Source: Octopus sinensis
Taxonomy: Eukaryota
DNA: 64,000 nt
Assembly: GCF_006345805.1 (NCBI RefSeq)
Contig: NC_043000.1
Coordinates: forward strand, 143,592,001-143,656,000
Direction of reading: 5' to 3'
Below, piece after piece: positions 52,711 to 64,000 of this stretch (its first letter is position 1; the number at the start of each line of letters is the position of its first letter). The translations under genes and the position numbers were made by a program. The notes below the pieces were generated by a model. It made no database searches, had not been told where the DNA came from, and saw only the letters and a program-made list of their open reading frames with translations.

Positions 52711-53887
52711 AGTGGTACATAAACAATATGTAATAGTCTGCTTGAGACTGTAGATACTGTGAATATACGCATATGTGTTTGGAATAATTTTGAATATTGG
52801 AAAGCATCAAGCTAATAATAAAATGTAAATATGTCTTGCTTTCGATGGACGGAATAGACGTTACGTCATACGGCGGATCTTTTCACAAGTATTCGATTAT
52901 TCTTCAGACAAAACATACGAATAATCTCTAATCGATAGCTTTTACTTCGACTTACCTTATATAATACTAGTCCACCGTAGGTGGGTATTTTCATTTCGTT
53001 ATCTTCAGTTTCCGGTTCTAGTGAGTGGGTGAACTATATATATTTTATGTGCGCCCCAACGTGTATCAGAAGTACTGAAATTATCTGCACAGTGCATAAA
53101 TTTACTTCATGAGCGGTGTAATATATAAATATGCGAATTAAGCTATATACAGCGGTATGGTAAGATTAGGTAGATATATTTGCAAAACTGATCCCCAACC
53201 GAGGGTCTCGCCTTCTCATTCTTCGAAATCTTAGGGAAAATGTATTTACATTCTCATACATTTCTTCATGGTATCTAGTGGCTCTTTAATATTTAAAACT
53301 ATTTCGGTAGATCTGATTCAGGACATTACATAGTATATTGTATGTATATATATGTATATTTTTACCTACATTCATACACACATACACACACACATTTATA
53401 TTTATTCATATAGAAACACCTATGCATAAATATATACATGTATATATACGTGTGTCTGTAAATATAAGTATGTAGCTGTGTGCAGCTTTATGTGTCTGTG
53501 TTGGTGTGTGTGTGTTTGTTTATATATGTACATAAAAAATACACGCACTGATTCATACGCATATATACATTACTGAAATCCGTCCAGAAATTGACTTGTT
53601 GATGGTCGACTGAATAAATCCATTACTGAATTAGGTGCGTTATACAAATGGGAAATAGACATCTGTCTGAGACCAAACGCCGGCTACTTTAATCAAATAC
53701 ACAGGAGAACCTCTTTAGGTGCGTCGTGTAACAAAAGTACAGAAATCTTTTTAGCAACCCATTGAAAAATTATTTTCGACATTTTATTTTTTTATTTCTA
53801 TTGCAACCGTTAATATTACTATCCTTATTGTTCATGTGATACAATCATGAAGAAATCATTATGAATATCATTATTATTATGCGGTTT

Positions 53888-54120
53888 AATGTGGCGAGAA
53901 TGCAGAATCAATAACACACCGGGTAAAATGTGTTCGGCATTTCGTACTTCTGAATGCAAATTACGCCGAGGTCAACTTTGCTTTTCATCCTTTTGGGGTC
54001 GATAAAGTGAGTACCATTTCAGCACTGGGGTAGATAAAATGTGTACCATTTAAGCACTGGGATCGATGTAATCAAACTTAACCCTAAACTGCTGAGATTG
54101 TGTCAAATTTTGAAACCACT
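53888..54120 (+). mobile_element. SINE family A copy (diverged)
   Basis: cgccgaggtcaactttgcttttcatccttttggggtcgataaa core; short internal duplication gtaccattt(c/a)agcactggg. Confidence 0.75.
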
Positions 54121-54483
54121 ATTATCATGTTATTTATTTCATGGCAATTAGTTTTTAGCTTTTAAGTTACAACTCATTATTGTGTATCGTTACAGTTATT
54201 GCTATTTCAGCAGTTCCATTTTAACTCCTACTCGAGCACAAAGTGTACAACCCATTTTCTTAGATTATCTGGCATTGCTTTTCTTAGGGGAGGAGATGCA
54301 GGTTAAGGTGTCTATGATACAATTGTTTCGGCTTTGTTGGAGTTTTTCTTCAACTGTTTGTCGCATTAGTGACAGAATATGTACAATTTGAGCAGTATTA
54401 CGTGTATTCGTGTGTACGTGGTATCTAACTAGAATATGATTAGTGTGGAATATAGAAGAGATCGCAATATTATAATATACATT

Positions 54484-54680
54484 AAGGCAGCGAGTTTGCA
54501 GAATCGTTAGCAAGCCGTAGAAAATGCTTAGCTGCATTTAGTCCCTCAGGGATCAAAAGCTGCCGGGCTCGATTTTACCTTTCATCCTTTCGGGGACGAT
54601 AAAGTAATGTGACAGTTGAATACTGGAGTAGATATAATACACTTAAATCTCCTCGTATTTCATCTCATTGTGCCATTTTA
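54484..54680 (+). mobile_element. SINE family A copy (diverged)
   Basis: ggcagcgagtttgcagaatcgttagc head and cctttcatcctttcgggg core. Confidence 0.75.
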
Positions 54681-54682
54681 AG

Positions 54683-54890
54683 CCGGTGAGCTGGAAGAAA
54701 CTTTCGGATATCGGGCAAAATGCTTAGGGGCATTTCGTCCGTCTTAACGTGCTGAGTTCGAATTCCACCCAGGTTGACTGCGATTCATCGTTTCTAGTCA
54801 ATAAAAGAAGTTTCCTTTGATCACTGGGGTTAATGTAATCGATTTACAAGCTCCGCCGAAATCGCTGGCCTTGTGCCAAATTATGATACC
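54683..54890 (+). mobile_element. SINE family A copy (diverged)
   Basis: ggtgagctggaagaa...gggcaaaatgcttag...gagttcgaattcc head and ggccttgtgccaaa end. Confidence 0.7.
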
Positions 54891-55904
54891 CATATGTTAA
54901 TTTGCATTATGTTTTTAAGATACCTCTTCTGTTATATCATTGGTTATTGACTTTACGGAACAGTAATTCTAAGGTGAATCACGGCTACATATTCTAGTGT
55001 TGTGTTAAGCACGTCATTTTCGAACGCGTGTAAAAAGTGTGTGTGTGTGTGCGTGTGTGTGCGCGCGCGCGCGCGCGTGTGTGTGTGTAAGTGAATTGGC
55101 ATTGGCATTAAGGAAGCGAATATGTAGAGGCGTTAGAGCGTTAGAACTTGTGCTTCATGGTATTTATATCAATTCTCTGCGCTCTGAGAATAAACGCAAG
55201 CGGTATGAATTATGGCTTTCATTGTTTGGAGAGTTGATGGACTAGATACCACATATTTTCCTGAATCTTCCTATTTAGAATCCACATTACGAATAGCCTT
55301 CACAGGTGAAAGGTATACTAACCTGATTTTCGACTACTACATTCTACCTCAAGTGGTCTTGTGCGAGCACTCTGGACACGATTCTTCTTTAAATACACGT
55401 TCTTATCTTGCACCCACTAAATTCGTAGTCTAAATAAATGCATTTGAGCACTGTCTTGCCTCCTGATTAAACATAAACAATATGATATCTTATCTATTCA
55501 TTGTGGTGTATACATTTTTCGGGGCGGTGTGGAATTGGTAGAAAGAAATCGTGGGGTTGTAAACTGGTATATAGTATATGTAGTGTGTGACACATTTTTG
55601 ATGATTACATCACTTATGCCGTGTCTATTTTATTATGTCTGTGTGAAGTAGGTGTTGTTGTTTGCAGCCTCCCTATAAGATCGATGTTACTGTCCTTTTC
55701 AAGTGAAACTGCTTAGCTACGGTATTCTTTAGATTGTGTACTTTTATCGCCTTTACACTTACGTTATGTGTGCAGCGTTCTGACATTTATTGGTTTTGAT
55801 TTCACTGCTTTTTACTGCATTCTGAATATCATTTTTGCTAGTGTTACTGATGACACTAGGATCATCACCATTGTTGTCATCAACATCATCAACATTATAA
55901 TTAA

Positions 55905-56440
55905 TTTTGAGTGAGGGAGCAGTACATGCCATCAAGGTGACACAAGGTTACAAATATAAGAAGCCCAATATAACCATCGTGACTACTCGAATGATGAATG
56001 TGCATCGGAAACATGCATCACAACCATATGCATGCGACATGTTGACCTCGTATCGGATTAAAGAGTACAGGACCTTGCAGTGGGGCCTAGTGAGAATTTG
56101 ATTCAGGTCGAGCTGCTCATCACGTCCTAAAGGTTCCTGAGTAAGAGCTGTTTAAGATTGATGAAAGAAACACACGTTTCCAAAGGTGAATTATTCAAAA
56201 ACTAAAGAATACCCCTGAGTACATGGCTATGATCCACCCCCACTACTTCTGCTCGTGATCAAATATGCACATATCGCAAGCGTGTATGAGGCATGTTGAA
56301 ATGGTAAAGTTGAAGCAATCGACAATCAGTTCTGCGATATTGAGGAGAATATTTCCAATAGCTCATCCTTTACATCAAGATAAAGCATATACATGATAAC
56401 TCTTCCAATCAATTAACATCAGAAGTCACGTGAGCCACCC
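55905..56440 (-). mobile_element. ~500-bp interspersed repeat (family F)
   Basis: The reverse complement aligns to 58707-59185 (ttaa(t/c)tgattggaa...ttatcat, gaataattcacct(t/c)tggaaac); simple-repeat tail on the left. Confidence 0.8.
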
Positions 56441-56504
56441 TCTGTTACTACATCAACGCAACTTTACTATTATGTTATTTTACTTCTCAAAGCATTCTGT
56501 CTTA

Positions 56505-56950
56505 CTTGCTCCGGTTAATCCTGTGGCAGCGGACGGCCACCTGTTGTGAGTCTGACTCCATCGGAAATATTACCCCCACCTCCTTTCTTTGGTCGGGAAG
56601 GAAAGGCAGTTTTTCTCTTTCTGGTGGCCATGACGAAAAAGGATGTATGGTGGACGCTACTGGAAGTGTTGAATATGGGTACCTTACTCTTTGGGTAAGG
56701 TATCATTGTTGAAATGGTCCTATTCTAAGTGTGCGCCTGTGGGACTGATGGAGTGAGGAGGAGAGATGCCTTGGTGTTAAGGGCTCAAAGTGGTTGAGGT
56801 TGCTTTGATCACCTCTCGGTGGATCTCCTCCCTATTTGAAAATTATATGTTGTTAATTGTTGTGTTTACTGTGTACACGTTTAACCTCAATGTCCTTCGT
56901 ATGTTTATCGTCCTCTGTTTTGTGTTCCGCCTTGGTGAGCAATAAAGAAA
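56505..56950 (+). mobile_element. Possible 3' end of an L1/Tx1-type LINE
   Basis: Locally GC-richer; one frame reads PPFFGREGKAVFLFLVAMTKKDVWWTLL, reminiscent of the AK-x-x-(I/V)W C-terminal motif; AATAAA at 56941. Family call is tentative. Confidence 0.35.
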
Positions 56951-56987
56951 GAATTATAATTACTACTACTACTACTACTACTACTAC

Positions 56988-57157
56988 TCAGTAGTCTTAT
57001 TTTTGCCACGTGTTTTAACTGCACTACCGAGCACAGCTCTGTGTGATTTAGGTATGTGATGTTGTTTGCTGTGGGGCTCTTAGTTTCACTGTATTGAACT
57101 TGTTTCACATAGATTGTGTGCGGTGACAAGTAGTGCTCTTTTCTGTATGTTATATAT
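56988..57157 (-). mobile_element. Dong/R4-type LINE 3' terminus (inverted), (AGT)n tail
   Basis: Minus strand encodes YNIQKRALLVTAHNLCETSSIQ* and ends cacagagctgtgctcggtagtgcag...actactga, homologous to 58490-58660. Confidence 0.85.
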
Positions 57158-57246
57158 ACGAAAAATAGCACAACTAGGTACCGCACCTATTTTACGGAAG
57201 ATACTTTCAATACAGTGAAAGCACGTTATAAAAATAAATCTACTGA

Positions 57247-57247
<1 letters not shown>
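57152..57247 (+). mobile_element. Dong/R4-type LINE 3' terminus with an internal 3'-UTR deletion
   Basis: Encodes YIRKIAQLGTAPILRKILSIQ* (TGA 57216-57218), then jumps to gtgaaagcacgttataaaaataaatctactgaa followed by (AAT)n. Confidence 0.85.
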
Positions 57248-57318
<71 letters not shown>

Positions 57319-57326
57319 GAGTAACA

Positions 57327-57385
<59 letters not shown>

Positions 57386-57386
<1 letters not shown>

Positions 57387-58654
57387 TCCTTAACTGGACA
57401 CGAAATGAACTGTCCAAAATAGATAGGAAAACAAGAAAAATACTGACAGGATCTAGGATGCATCACCCAAAATCTGACATAGAAAGACTATATATACAAC
57501 GTATAGAAGGTGGTAGAGGCCTTATACAGCTGGAAAACTACTATAAAATAACCACCATAGGACTGCAAAAATACCTACTTCAGAAGGAAGGAAAACTGAT
57601 CCAGATAGCAGCAAAACACGAGCAAAACAAAAAACTGTTCTCAGTATTTAAGGAAGCTGACAAATACAAACAAGAAATCATACCACCTAATAAACACAAA
57701 GAAGAAGAAGAAGATGATGAAGAAACAACAAAAGCTATAAAACAAATGAAATCCAAACTAAAAATAGAACAGCAACGAGCCATGATAAAACGATGGCAAG
57801 AAAAGCCCCTTCATGGTAAATACTGGACTAAACTAAACGCAAAAGAAATAGACAAAGAAAAATCCCAGCAATGGTTGAGAAGCTCAGGACTCAAAGCAGA
57901 AACAGAGGGATTTTTAATTGCAGCACATGACCAAAGCCTCCCCACCAGAAATTACCAAAAACATGTAATGAAAAGAAATATTACAAGTAACTGCAGAATA
58001 TGTGGAGATGGACAAGAAACAATAAATCATATTATCTCTAGCTGCCCAGTCCTGGCTAAGAAGGAATATATTCACAGACATGACAGAGTTGGAACCTACA
58101 TACATTGGAAGCTCTGCCAACATTATGGAATAACAACAGAAAAAAGATTGTATAGGTACACACCAGAAAAGGTCACAGAAAACGAGAAAGCAACCATACT
58201 CTGGGATATGCCGATACACACAGATAGAGAAATTAAGGCCAACAGACCAGATATAGTTGTCAGAGATCATGAAGAAAAAAATGCTTTCTAATTGATGTAT
58301 CAATACCCGCAGATGACAACGTGTCTCTAAAAGAAATGGAGAAACTCTCAAAATACAAAGACCTGGAAATAGAGGTAACTAGAATGTGGAACCTGAAAAC
58401 AGAAACAATTCCTATCATAGTAGGCGCATTAGGCATGATAAAAAAATATTCAGACAAATACATAACAAAAACACCAGGACTTACAAACACATATAGCATA
58501 CATATAATTGCACTACTAGGCACTGCACACATCCTACGCAGAACACTTTCCATACAATAACCATCAGAGCATCACATCAAATCACAGCACATACCCAAGG
58601 CACACAGAGCTGCGCTCGGTAGTGAAGTGAAAGCACGCTATAAAAATAAAACTA

Positions 58655-58660
<6 letters not shown>
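57386..58660 (+). mobile_element. 5'-truncated R4/Dong-clade non-LTR retrotransposon (RT thumb, CCHC zinc knuckle, restriction-like endonuclease) in (AAT)n
   Basis: NWTRNEL...RLYIQRIEGGRGL, CRICGDGQETINHIISSC, RHD, RPDIVV...IDVSIP (PD-D/ExK), EKLSKYKDL; a single frameshift at the A7 run 58275-58281; (AAT)n on both sides. Confidence 0.93.
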
Positions 58661-58706
<46 letters not shown>

Positions 58707-58707
<1 letters not shown>

Positions 58708-59185
58708 GGCTGTTGTAGCTCTAGGCAGTGGCTCTCACGGCTTCTAATCTTAACTGATTGGAAATGTTATCATATACATTGTTTTGTCTTGGTATAAAAG
58801 ATGGGTTACAGCAAATATTCTACGCAATACCACAGATTTGCTTGTTAGTTGTTTGATCTTAACCATTTGAGCATGTCCCTTAGTTGCTGAGGATATATGT
58901 GCATCACTGATCATGAACAGAAGCAGTGGTGGAGCTTGATAGCCATGAGTTAAAAGGAATTCCTTGGGGTTTGAATAATTCACCTCTGGAAACATAAGTG
59001 TTCGGTTCAACATCCTTAAACAACTATTATTCAAGGACTCTTTGAGTGGGATGGTCCATTCGACCAAAAGAAAACTTTAACGGGCCCCATCTGCAAGGTT
59101 ATGCGCTGTTTATCTTGATATAAGATCACCATATCGTGTACATGTGTTTGTGATGCATGTGACTTGTGTAACATTATCTGACATT
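58707..59185 (+). mobile_element. ~480-bp interspersed repeat (family F)
   Basis: Inverted homolog of 55905-56440. Confidence 0.8.
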
Positions 59186-59247
59186 TATAATGGGCTTCGT
59201 ATATTTTAACCCAGTGTCAATTGTATGTCAAGCACTACTCTCTCATT

Positions 59248-59480
59248 CACAAATAACAACCACAACAATAATAATGTGCGCTGGAATTATTATTATTATT
59301 ATTATCATCATCATCATCATTATTATTATTATCATCATCATTATTATTATCATTATTATTATCATCATCATCATCATTCTTATCATTATTATTATAATCA
59401 TTATTATTATTATTATTATTATTATCATTGTTGTTGTTATTATTATTATTATCATTATCATCATCATCATCATCATCATG
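59248..59480. repeat. Mixed (TAT)n/(CAT)n trinucleotide tract
   Basis: Direct reading. Confidence 0.95.
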
Positions 59481-59754
59481 AATTCAACAGCCATGTGCAA
59501 GCAGGACTAAGTGTTTTTTTTCCGTCCTGCTGATATGCGCATGCTATTTTATTATTAGTAGTAGAAGTGTTATCATTATATCCATCGACGAAATCTTTAT
59601 TATTCAAGTTTTCCAACCGTAAAAAGTTTGAAGAGGCTGACTACAATGCCTTTTGCCATTTAAACAAAACGGTTTTAGAAAATGATTTGAAGGTCAAATT
59701 CCAGTTTCCTATTCTTTTTTCGTACTGTTAAAAGTGTTTAAATGTACGCAGATA

Positions 59755-60280
<526 letters not shown>

Positions 60281-63045
60281 CAAAAAAAAATTAAATTGAC
60301 TTTTATTTATCCGCCTAGTATATATTTACAATTGACTACACAGTTATAATATTATATTCTAGGCTCGTATCCACAAAGGTATTCATTTGATGCTACTGTT
60401 GACGATTCCACAATTTCTTTTGTTGCAAATATGCATACCTTAGTTTCAAATCGAGAAAATTAGAATTTCCTACAAATATATCAACGTCTTTTTTTGCCAG
60501 AATTCCATATGGAATAATTTGGTGAATAGCTGCTTGCAGCGATATTACTTTGAATTATTTTAATATTTCTTCATTTGAAGACATCAAGTACAATTACAGT
60601 AAATATTATGGTAGTGGATCCTATTTTCTAATTGCTATTCCTTTAAATATTGTTTCCTTAGAAACGTCAGTCTCGTTATTTCCTGGATATATTATAAGTT
60701 TTTATTACTCTTTATGAAAATTTCGGTTAAATTTTTTTCACAGATTATTACAATTCCTGACGCAGTTTCATTTTATTAACAATGTGAGAATACACGCCAC
60801 TGTTTCTTTTACACACTGCATTTGCTAAAGATATTCCTATGTCAACTAAACATCATAAATCACTGTAATAGGTTTTGAACAAAATAATGTACTGAAGTGT
60901 TATGTGGAAAGCTCATTGGAATCAGTTAGCTTCACCCCAGTAAGTGGTCCAAGGTTTGAGATTATGTAACGAGCCTGTCAAATCTGCTTCCGGTTATGAT
61001 GTACTTTGTCATTTGCATTAGTGTTAGCTGAAACGCATGTACTTAGTATATAGGTATCCCTGCTGAAATATATTTGACGAAGATTGATTTCGATCCACTT
61101 TCAAAGCAATCTATTTAAATATCAAGATATCTAGACTTTGTGGCGTTTCTTATTTATATTCTGATGATAGAGTCTTTAATATTGCAATGTTAATGTGTCA
61201 GGTTAGAAACAATTGCTTTATTCTCTCTCATGAAGTCTCATATTCTTTTTTAAGGCAGTGATGAAATGATATCGGAAGAAGAAGCGACGAAGCAAAGGGT
61301 TCTGTCTTTTCATTTTTCTTTTCATTTCTTTTTGTTTTTGTAAATATACATTCAAAAGTACCATAATACATGTTGATAAAATGCCGACGAGAAAGTCGAT
61401 CAACAACGTAAGAAGATCAGCCAATAACCTTTCTAATCACAATTTAACATTAGAAACAGGGCTGGTATATTGAATAAGGTGAATTTATGTATAACGTATA
61501 ATATATATCTTCTAATATAATAATGAGCGTAGTGTTATTCTATATTTGTGTGTACATATATATATATATATTTGGCCAAAATCCCATAGTAGGAGGGAGT
61601 GAGAGAAAGTGTAGTATAACTGAATGGAGACGAGAGAAATAGTAATTCAGTAAAAGAGAAGTAGTTAGAGTAATAGCCATGACTGACAGGGGGTGAGAGG
61701 AAATAATAGCAATGAGAGAGAGGAGGTAGTAAAGAGAGTGTCGCGTTCACCATACACACACATATGCATATATATGCATTTATGTATGTATATATAAGAG
61801 TAGACGACAGCTTTCCGAGCATTTACAATGACTATAAGCAAATCACAGGGGCAGAGTTTTAACAATGTTGGCATCATTCTACTATCACCAGTATTCAGCT
61901 AGGGGCAACTTTATAATGCATAGGGTAAAATGAGAAGCAATAATATTAAAATATTGGTAAAAGACCATCCAGAATAAGGCAAGTTCGTTGGTTTTCACTA
62001 GAAACGTGGTGTTCAAACAAATGCTAAGTTTAAGGTTGTTATCTTTTAATTTTAATCTTATTTTCCGTATCATTTTCATGCCACCATTTCTGACGGTATG
62101 GGTACGTTAGTATAATATAACACACACACACAAGCACACAAACACACAATCACATATATTAACAGCTCTTGCACAAACAAAAAATTAAGATGGTTGCGTT
62201 TGGAATGTCTTGGACTATTAGAGACCAGGATCATGGGAAACGTGATGCTATACAACACAAAATGGAATAGCAACATTTGAGTGTAACTATGAAAATAACC
62301 ATATTTTCCTTCCCCGTTCACACCACAAGCCAAACGTTTCACTTGGAAAATATAAGAATTGTGAACTCGCCAAGGTGCGGAACAATTAAAACTGTATATC
62401 TGTCTATGGCAGTGAGGCATTGAAGTAAACAAAACTGTTTGAAGTGATTGATGCACACTCCTATTAAAATGGAATACAGAAGCCGAATATTTTGTGCTTT
62501 ATTATTCACGCAGCACTTAAAAATCTAAAAGGTACTCCAAACAATGATAAAAATTGTTGAATACAACACATTATTTATTCACACGCTGAAGAACATGTAT
62601 ACAGTAACACACGCAGATATATAGAAAGCTGCACACATATAATACACAAAAATACGATTATAAAGTGTATGATAAAATTATAATATATACTCTGAAACTG
62701 CAGCGTTTAAATTAAGTGTATATACATGATAAATATATCATACTTATATGTATATGAATGCCTCTATCATTATACATTGTTGCATCGGTTTAGTCACGGG
62801 TAGCGTCTAAAATGTGCATATTTAGGTGTTAGTTATATAGAAAATACATTTATGAGCCAGTATTTTATTAAATTTGTCCCGCTGGTCAAATAGGCATATG
62901 AGTGATTGCACAGAATTCGACCATATGTATAGTTAGTTCACAGCTAATGCGAAAGAATCCTTTGGTGGAATAAGATCTCTTCATTTAACGTTTAATTAAA
63001 TGCCACCTCCATATTCACGCATATGTATATTTCTACGTGTAATCG

Positions 63046-63047
<2 letters not shown>

Positions 63048-63125
<78 letters not shown>
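63048..63125. repeat. (TCTA)n microsatellite
   Basis: Direct reading. Confidence 0.95.
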
Positions 63126-63126
<1 letters not shown>

Positions 63127-63431
63127 AAACTGAGAGTTGCTTACTTGCAAATAAATGTGTTAACATGTGATATTTTTGACCGCGGCTACCGTGGTCTTTT
63201 CCATAGGCTTTTCTTTCCACGGATAAACCTTATCTGCTTCCCCTTGACACTTTATATTATGACATTTCTGTGATACACGTTCCCTCTTTATCGTTTTTTC
63301 TCTTTCCTTTTTACGATCCCTTTTGATCGAAAACCTACCCCACATTATTTTCTCGTTCTCCCCAAAAAGAAAAGCTCTACTTTGTAATTTGTCCCGTCTC
63401 TATTCAGATCTGTGTGGCTACTAAAGAAACC

Positions 63432-63439
63432 TATCTATA

Positions 63440-63482
<43 letters not shown>

Positions 63483-63495
63483 ATCTATCTATCTA

Positions 63496-63540
<45 letters not shown>

Positions 63541-63578
63541 TTGTCTGTCTATCTGTTATATATCTATCTGTCTGTCTC

Positions 63579-63649
<71 letters not shown>

Positions 63650-63710
63650 GTATGTCTGTTTGTCTGTCTGTCTCACTGTCTGTCTGTCTATCTTTGTTTC
63701 TGTATATATA
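63432..63710. repeat. (TCTA)n/(TCTG)n compound microsatellite
   Basis: Direct reading. Confidence 0.95.
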
Positions 63711-64000
63711 TGTACTTCTCTGTATGTGACTGTGTGTGCATGTGTGTAACAATGATAATTACAAAACAGAACGAAAGTACACCATATTTTTCATGTTGAT
63801 CGCTTTGTATTAAAATTGTTTCACGTTTCATATGGTAAGAAAACAATGCAATTTTAAACACTCACATACACGTGCATGCTAGGTATATTGACGTAGAGAA
63901 ATTCGAAAGGTGTACGTAATTGCCAACAAAAATCCGTACGTACATATATATATACATGCATGCACATGCTTGCACTCCGGAACATATACAATTATCCACT

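Noticed and set aside
61218-61424. 68-aa minus ORF with a hydrophobic helix and basic tail
   Set aside because: TTG start, a stop four codons upstream, no splice acceptor and no known motif.
62076-62456. Signal-peptide-like MLLFHFVLYSITFPMILVSNS as the first exon of the Ig gene
   Set aside because: No convincing phase-1 donor follows it, and the ORF runs into a (TG)n tract.
63135-63170. Minus-strand MLTHLFA followed by a phase-1 GTAAG donor
   Set aside because: Phase-compatible with the Ig exon but far too short for a signal peptide; needs RNA-seq evidence.

Overview
Very AT-rich, microsatellite-dense eukaryotic DNA, not prokaryotic. By my recognition of the SINE families it is most likely coleoid cephalopod (Octopus-like); that is inference, not a database result. 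Almost all ORFs in the supplied track are translations of (TA)n/(CA)n/(AAT)n repeats. The only host coding sequence I can support is one 107-bp minus-strand exon (31441-31547) encoding the first strands of an Ig domain of Dpr/DIP/IgLON type, so most of the window is probably intronic. The rest is a transposon landscape: two decayed RTE LINE fragments, a young 5'-truncated R4/Dong-type element in an (AAT)n tract plus older Dong remnants, two Penelope-type GIY-YIG remnants, at least five SINE-like families, two non-autonomous Helitron-like elements, a MITE, a long foldback element and an 812-bp tandem duplication. The most interesting unexplained signal is a set of seven dispersed minimal type-I hammerhead-ribozyme-like motifs (CUGANGA-like core, stem II, GAAA, tiny stem III, UH, 4-bp stem I), mostly in short AT-rich repeats. 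One pair forms an ~830-bp palindrome, one family carries a recurrent U-at-position-6 core variant, and several motifs read sense to the putative neural Ig pre-mRNA. Ribozyme activity is untested.
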